DNA from: Promethearchaeati archaeon SRVP18_Atabeyarchaeia-1
GTDB taxonomy: Archaea; Asgardarchaeota; Atabeyarchaeia; Atabeyarchaeales; Atabeyarchaeaceae
Length of the DNA: 64,000 nucleotides
Reading direction: 5' to 3'
Assembly (NCBI GenBank): GCA_037308085.1
Contig: CP147779.1
Location: 1,152,001 to 1,216,000 of the forward strand
In this document: positions 58,503 through 64,000 of the stretch, piece by piece
Position numbering within the stretch: position 1 is the first letter of the stretch
Layout of the letters: every line of letters begins with the position of its first letter
The notes under the pieces: generated by a model
Database searches by the model: none
Told to the model about the DNA's origin: nothing
The model's input: the letters and a program-made list of their open reading frames with translations, nothing else
Position numbers and translations under genes: made by a program

Positions 58503-59108
58503 TTGCTCGCCATAGAAGATAACTCGTGTGTTCAGAATAGGAGAAAGACGAAGTCAGGCGCCAGCGACCTTCCTGATGAGTTCTATAGGCATAGGACCGT
58601 TCAGGTTGCCATTTCTGGGATAGTAGCAGCCCTGTATGCCACCACGCTGATCCTGTTCTCGTTTTTTTCATTCGGCCCAATTCAGTTTCGTGTAGCAGAT
58701 TCCCTGATGCCTCTCGCACTCGTATTTGGCTATAGTGGCGCATCAGGCTTGTCCATCGGCTGCCTAGTTGGGAACTATTTCGGTTTCATGACAGGAATCA
58801 CGTCACCAATAGATGTTCTGGGCGGGGCTATCGCGAATCTCTTGGCAGGCGTCATCGGATACAAGTTATACCAGATATTCGCGACTAGAGGGAAAAAGGG
58901 GTTTACCTGGGTCCAACTTACGATTCTGGTACAGAATATCTTAGTGACTCTAGTCGTAGGTTCATACATGGCTGTTCTGGTTCCACTACCGCCAGATCTT
59001 GCAACATCTCTAGTTCTATGGTACGCTGGTCTATTCTTGGGATCTATCATATCTATGAACATTCTAGGGTACCTTGTCTACAAGATGACGCGCGTGGGAT
59101 TGCTCTGA
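58503..59108 (+). CDS. queT: QueT-family 7-deazaguanine precursor transporter
   Basis: AALYA...FSFGPIQFRVADSL...GL.IGCLVGN...IDV.GG. Confidence 0.85.
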   Translation: MLAIEDNSCVQNRRKTKSGASDLPDEFYRHRTVQVAISGIVAALYATTLILFSFFSFGPIQFRVADSLMPLALVFGYSGASGLSIGCLVGNYFGFMTGITSPIDVLGGAIANLLAGVIGYKLYQIFATRGKKGFTWVQLTILVQNILVTLVVGSYMAVLVPLPPDLATSLVLWYAGLFLGSIISMNILGYLVYKMTRVGLL

Positions 59109-59285
59109 ATCCTTGGAGGCAAACTGCTCCTGGCTAGAAGATCTAGCTGAACGCGCGGGCAATTGAATCAGAGAACGAGTTCGAAGGGAGTGACCGTGGG
59201 GATTCTAGCAAAACCTCAAAAGGCCATCTACCTTCTTCGATTCTAAGAGAGTTCTGAAAACATAGGTCTGCGGAGGCCACTTTTA

Positions 59286-60434
59286 TTGAAGAGCGAAGTG
59301 GCGGTTCTAAAGTGCCAAGATTACGAATACGGCAAGATAAAAGAAGTGGTATACTCATCGATCAACATGATCGGCGGTACTAAGGGTCTACACATCACAG
59401 GCGGGGACAGGGTTCTGCTGAAGGTAAATCTTCTTAGTGCTAGGAAGCCCGAAGACGCTGTTACGACTCATCCATACGTTGCAAAGGCGCTCACCGAGTA
59501 TTTCCAGGACGCCGGCGCAGATGTCGTCTTGGGAGACTCTTCAGCTGCCGGACCTATTGAAACAAGAAAGGCACTGAAGGTTGCGGGCATAGAGAAAGTT
59601 GCTGAGGAGACGAAGGCCAAGGCTGTCAATTTCGAGGCAGAGGGTTTCACTAAGATCCCTGCGCCGAAGGATTCGCTGCGCTTGAGTGAAGTCTATGTAG
59701 CGAAACCGGTTCTCGACTCCCAATTTGTCGTCACAGTGCCAAAATTGAAGAATCACAACCTCACGAGATTCACCGGGGCGCTGAAGAACCTCTTTGGCAC
59801 TGTTCCTACAGCCACGAGGATGAAGCTCCATGCGCTGGGCAGAGCCAGACTGTTCAGCCAAGGCATAGTGGACATCTATTCAGCAATCAGGCCCGGGCTT
59901 GCTGTCATGGATGGAGTTGTAGGGATGGATGGCAATGGTCCTAGCTTTGGAACACTTAGAAAAGCAGGAATTATCGCCGCAAGCAGAGACAGCGTCGCAT
60001 TGGACGCGGTCTGCTCGAGTGCGATAGGTTACAGGGAGAACGAGATCCTTACCACTGTCGAAGCCTCCAATAGAGGATTAGGAAACGGCAAGCTTAAAGA
60101 TATTCACCTTAAGGGAATGGATGCGGGACAACTCCATCTGTCTTGGAACAAGGTAAAGACAATGCCACTAGACATGGTGCCAAGCCGCTTGTTCAAACTC
60201 ATGATCGGGCTTGTCTACACGAGACCCAGCCTGATAAAGGCGAATTGCAGTAGGTGTGCTACATGCGCATCTCATTGCCCAGCTCACGCCATTAGGCTCA
60301 CCCCCTATCCCGTGCTAGATTACAAGCGATGCTTAAGATGCTTCACATGCAACGAAATATGTCCAAATGGGGCCTATGAACTCAGAAAAAGCTTCCTGGC
60401 CAGGATCCTGGGTCGGATGGGAATTCAGCTCTAA
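59286..60434 (+). CDS. DUF362 protein with C-terminal 2x[4Fe-4S] domain
   Basis: VLLKVNLL...AVTTHP, PKLKNH, GMDGNGPS, CSRCATCASHCP, CLRCFTCNEICP. Confidence 0.9.
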   Translation: MKSEVAVLKCQDYEYGKIKEVVYSSINMIGGTKGLHITGGDRVLLKVNLLSARKPEDAVTTHPYVAKALTEYFQDAGADVVLGDSSAAGPIETRKALKVAGIEKVAEETKAKAVNFEAEGFTKIPAPKDSLRLSEVYVAKPVLDSQFVVTVPKLKNHNLTRFTGALKNLFGTVPTATRMKLHALGRARLFSQGIVDIYSAIRPGLAVMDGVVGMDGNGPSFGTLRKAGIIAASRDSVALDAVCSSAIGYRENEILTTVEASNRGLGNGKLKDIHLKGMDAGQLHLSWNKVKTMPLDMVPSRLFKLMIGLVYTRPSLIKANCSRCATCASHCPAHAIRLTPYPVLDYKRCLRCFTCNEICPNGAYELRKSFLARILGRMGIQL

Positions 60435-60500
60435 CTCTTCAGCATAATGTCCAAAGGTGGAGCAAGATGCAATGAAGGTTTTCGCCGAGTGGCGGGCATA

Positions 60501-61064
60501 ATGAGCGACAAGACTCCAGACTCTCTTGACCAAATTGACGCCGAAGTCAGAGAATGCATAAATTGTGTACTCCACATAGGAAGGAAGAACGCAGTCCCAG
60601 GCGAAGGCAATACCAAGGCAAGAATGGTGTTCGTTGGGGAAGCCCCAGGAAGAGAAGAGGATCTCGCGGGACGACCATTTGTGGGGATGGCGGGTAAGCT
60701 TCTGACCCAACTTCTATCATCGGCGGGTCTTAGAAGAGAAGATGTTTTCATAACAAATATCGTCAAATGTAGACCTCCGGAGAATAGACTGCCACTAGCT
60801 CCGGAGATCAAAGCCTGCTCCAACTACTTGAAGAGGCAGATCAAAATCCTTAATCCCAAATTGATATGCCCGATGGGCAATGTCGCTCTAAGAGCCTTCC
60901 TAGGGAAAAACACTTCGATCTCTAAGGCTCATGGACGACTTTTCCCAGTGTCTGGTAGCCCAGCGATTCTTCCCCTCTATCACCCCGCTGCAGCCCTCTA
61001 TATGGCACGGCTCAAAAGAGTTCTAGAAGACGACTTCAGAAGAATGTCGAAAGAAACCAGCTAG
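60501..61064 (+). CDS. family 4 uracil-DNA glycosylase
   Basis: CINC, GEAPG, VKCRPPENR, HPAAALY; start at ATG 60501. Confidence 0.92.
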   Translation: MSDKTPDSLDQIDAEVRECINCVLHIGRKNAVPGEGNTKARMVFVGEAPGREEDLAGRPFVGMAGKLLTQLLSSAGLRREDVFITNIVKCRPPENRLPLAPEIKACSNYLKRQIKILNPKLICPMGNVALRAFLGKNTSISKAHGRLFPVSGSPAILPLYHPAAALYMARLKRVLEDDFRRMSKETS

Positions 61065-61342
61065 CTACCCAGGAAACGCGGCCCAGTTGCCGATCCAAGT
61101 CAGTCTTATTTTTGAGTTTTTGATAGTGCGATTTTCCTCTCGTTTATCTTTGGTAATTAGACATCGCAGAATACTTCATTCATCGGTTCCTCAGAGAAGT
61201 CTACATATCCAGGGCGTTAGTGACTAGCTTGCAGTACGAGAAAGTATTCCGATGAGAATAAGAGTTTTAAGCTAATCACAAAAACCGTTATGCTTGTATG
61301 CTTCCGCGTCACTTCAAACGCTTTTGCATCGAGGGCTGAGGC

Positions 61343-62773
61343 TTGGAGACAAACAACAAGAAAGAGATCAAAGAGACTCTTGAAAAGATACTCGATACTG
61401 AGAAGCTGAGATACTGCTTTGACTGTGGGATCTGCACAGCTAGCTGTTCAGTTTCGGGGATGATGGGAAGAGACTACAACCCGCGAGAGCTGTTGGAAAG
61501 AGTCGCTTTGAACCCTGAGCGGGCTCTGACCTCTGATCAGCTTTGGCTATGTGCATGGTGCTATCGTTGCCATGAACGTTGCCCCCAGGCACTCATGCTT
61601 CCCGAGATCTTTTTGCTCATGCGCACAATAGCAGCTTCCCAAGGGCGGACGCAGCCCTTCGAGAGCGCACTTCACAAGATTGTAGAAACCATTCCTCTCC
61701 CCCTTGTGGCGTTGTCTGTATGTTTTCATCCTGAACGAGCAGGGTTGGACAGAGAGGAAGTGCTCGAAAAGGCCGAAAGGATTCGTAGAGAAAACTTCAA
61801 ACCAGGAAAACTCAGAGCCGATTCCGGAAAAAGCAAAATCGGCGTCTTGGGTTCTGGTCCAGCCGGACTGACGGTTGCATATGAACTTGTTTCGAAAAAC
61901 TACGATGTCACAGTCTTCGAATCTCTGCGTGAACCGGGCGGTATGTTAAGGAAATGCATACCAGAGTCTCGGCTGCCAAAACAAGTCTTGGCCAAGGAAA
62001 TACAGTTTCTCAAAGATCTAGGTGTCAACTTCAAAACTGGAACGACAGTGGGAAAAGATACGAGTTTCGAAGACTTGAAGAAGAAGGGTTTCAAAGCAGT
62101 CTTCGTAGGAGTTGGAGCCCACAAGAGCACAGGAATCAAAATCCAAGGAGCCGATGCCACCGGAGTAATTCACGCGCTTGACTTCCTGCGGAGCGCAAAC
62201 TTCGGAGAAAGAATGGAAATGGGGAAGAGCGTCGCAGTAATAGGCGGAGGAAATGTTGCGATGGACGCGGCGAGAACTGCTCTAAGGAAGGGAGCCAACG
62301 AGGTCACCGTTCTCTACCGACGTTCCAGAGACGAAATGCCTGCAATCCCCTGGGAGGTCAAGGAGGCGGAAGAGGAGGGCGTCAAAATCGAGTTCCTTGT
62401 GTCTCCAAAACGAATTACTGAAGAAAATGGGAAAGTCTCTGCCATTGAATGCATACGTATGGTATTAGGCGAGCCAGACGAGACCGGAAGAAGGACGCCG
62501 ACTCCATTGGAAGGCTCAGATTTCTCAAGGAAGACCGACATGGTTATCCTCGCTACTGGAGAGACTCCAGATCTTGGTTTTCTCCCGAAAGAAGTGGACA
62601 TCAATGCCGACGGTACCCTGTGGGTCAACCCCATTACGATGGAAACCAGTGTTAAAGGGGTTTTCGCGGGCGGAGACGCTGTTACGGGGCCAGCCACTGT
62701 AATAGAAGCGATCCGGGCAGGTAAGGATGCGGCCACATCAATCGAGAGTTACATTGCGTCCTTGGAGGGTTAG
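61343..62773 (+). CDS. HdrC-like 4Fe-4S domain fused to GltD-like FAD/NAD(P) oxidoreductase
   Basis: CFDCGICTASC and LWLCAWCYRCHERCP, then GSGPAG, GGGNVAMDAAR, YRRSR, FAGGDAVTGP. Confidence 0.85.
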   Translation: METNNKKEIKETLEKILDTEKLRYCFDCGICTASCSVSGMMGRDYNPRELLERVALNPERALTSDQLWLCAWCYRCHERCPQALMLPEIFLLMRTIAASQGRTQPFESALHKIVETIPLPLVALSVCFHPERAGLDREEVLEKAERIRRENFKPGKLRADSGKSKIGVLGSGPAGLTVAYELVSKNYDVTVFESLREPGGMLRKCIPESRLPKQVLAKEIQFLKDLGVNFKTGTTVGKDTSFEDLKKKGFKAVFVGVGAHKSTGIKIQGADATGVIHALDFLRSANFGERMEMGKSVAVIGGGNVAMDAARTALRKGANEVTVLYRRSRDEMPAIPWEVKEAEEEGVKIEFLVSPKRITEENGKVSAIECIRMVLGEPDETGRRTPTPLEGSDFSRKTDMVILATGETPDLGFLPKEVDINADGTLWVNPITMETSVKGVFAGGDAVTGPATVIEAIRAGKDAATSIESYIASLEG

Positions 62774-62778
62774 AAGTC

Positions 62779-64000
62779 ATGGCACAAGAAAAGCGACCAG
62801 AAGTTATGCAAGATCACGACCCAGTTAGAATTGGAGTATATGTTTGTCACTGTGGATTGAATATTGCTGGCTCTGTCGATTGCGCAGAAGTCGCAAAGTT
62901 TGCTGCAAGCCTTCCCAATGTTGTTCTTGCAAAAGATAACCGATATACGTGCTCAGACCAAGGGCAAGAGATAATCAAGAAGGATATCAAGGAACAGAAT
63001 CTCAATCGCGTCGTGGTAGCGTCTTGCTCGCCTCGCCTCCATGAACCGACATTCAGAAAGACATGTGAAGACGCCGGACTGAACAAGTACCTTTTCGAAA
63101 TGGCCAACATACGTGAACAATGTAGCTGGGTTCACCTCTATGACAAGAAAGGAGGAACCGAAAAGGCGAAGGATCTCGTGAGAATGGCTGTAGCCAAAGT
63201 CGCCTTGCTTCAACCGGCGCAAGAAGTCGAAGTCCCGATTACTCGTAAAGCGCTCATAATAGGAGCTGGCGTGGCCGGCATTCAGGCCGCCTTGGATCTC
63301 GCTGAAACAGGATACAAAGTCTACGTCGTGGAAAAGGAGCCAAGTATAGGGGGCATGATGGCCAGAATTGACAAGACTTTTCCGACGATGGACTGCTCGA
63401 TCTGCATACTTGCCCCGAAAATGTCCGATGCTGGACATCATCCAAACATAGAACTGATGACTAACAGCGAAGTTGCCGACGTTAAGGGATACATCGGCAA
63501 CTTCCAAGTGAAAGTGACGAAAAAACCCCGTTTCGTCAAGAAGGACTGCTCAGCATGTGGCGAATGCGCGAAGGTCTGCCCGATAGTTATGCCCAATGAA
63601 TTTGATGTGGGCCTAGCCACAAGGCATGGGATCTACACGCCATTTGCGCAAGCAGTGCCATCAACCTACATAGTAGATATGAGCCACTGTCTAAACAAAG
63701 ATGGTGTAATAGTCTGCGACAAGTGCGTCAAAGCCTGCGAAAGGCAGGCCATAGACTTTGACATGAAGACCGAGAATGTTGACCTCAACATAGGAACGAT
63801 AATTGTAGCGACTGGTGCTGATGTATTCGACCCATCGATACTGCCAAACTATGGGTACGGCAAATATCCAAATGTAATCACATCCTTGGAGTTTGAAAGA
63901 CTTATCAATGCAGGAGGGCCATCTGGTGGGCGGTTGCTGAGACCCAGTGATCTAGAGATTCCTAAGTGCGTGGCGTTCGTCCAGTGTGTCGGCTCGCGAT
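62779..64000 (+). CDS. hdrA: heterodisulfide reductase subunit A, 3'-truncated by the window edge (absent from the ORF track)
   Basis: hand translation gives RIGVYVCHCGLNIAG, ASCSPRLHE, ANIREQCSWVH, GAGVAG, KTFPTMDCSICIL, VAFVQCVGSR. Confidence 0.93.
   Translation, partial: MAQEKRPEVMQDHDPVRIGVYVCHCGLNIAGSVDCAEVAKFAASLPNVVLAKDNRYTCSDQGQEIIKKDIKEQNLNRVVVASCSPRLHEPTFRKTCEDAGLNKYLFEMANIREQCSWVHLYDKKGGTEKAKDLVRMAVAKVALLQPAQEVEVPITRKALIIGAGVAGIQAALDLAETGYKVYVVEKEPSIGGMMARIDKTFPTMDCSICILAPKMSDAGHHPNIELMTNSEVADVKGYIGNFQVKVTKKPRFVKKDCSACGECAKVCPIVMPNEFDVGLATRHGIYTPFAQAVPSTYIVDMSHCLNKDGVIVCDKCVKACERQAIDFDMKTENVDLNIGTIIVATGADVFDPSILPNYGYGKYPNVITSLEFERLINAGGPSGGRLLRPSDLEIPKCVAFVQCVGSR

Noticed and set aside
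59168-63420. SECIS element or selenocysteine in HdrA
   Set aside because: The visible hdrA portion has TGC Cys in TMDCSIC and no in-frame TGA was noticed; the 59168 hairpin lacks the tandem GA core.
382-63620. Numerous short antisense and alternate-frame ORFs in the track
   Set aside because: They are shadows of well-supported genes and show no recognisable motifs.

Overview
64 kb of archaeal chromosome, probably Asgard: it encodes a longin-like protein, a Roadblock/LC7 protein and a small CPxC zinc-ribbon protein (taxonomy is inference). Most genes serve anaerobic heterotrophy. These include acyl-CoA beta-oxidation (thiolase + DUF35, two 3-hydroxyacyl-CoA dehydrogenases, crotonases, an Oah/BamA-like ring-opening hydrolase), many alpha/beta hydrolases, GH36 + GHMP kinase, glycerate kinase and apgM. 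C1/energy genes are a DapA-Fae fusion, a corrinoid protein, FdhD, an HdrC-GltD fusion and hdrA, and there are two TldD/PmbA pairs. Mobile DNA comprises three full-length tnpB loci (one with an intact triad, one RuvC-III D->Q, one pseudogene), a tnpB 3' remnant, a 231-bp protein-less IS200/IS605 element carrying only ends plus an omegaRNA-like scaffold, and a 47-bp LE/RE hybrid of it. No transposase, tRNA, rRNA or CRISPR array was seen. The best novelty candidates are: (i) an unannotated ~250-nt highly base-paired RNA behind a BRE-TATA promoter at 32516-32774; (ii) a switch-like leader before queT; (iii) divergent tnpB elements sharing TTCGG...AAACGG ends; (iv) a Roadblock + zinc-ligand-less TldD/PmbA operon. 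All calls are by eye from motifs; no searches were run.
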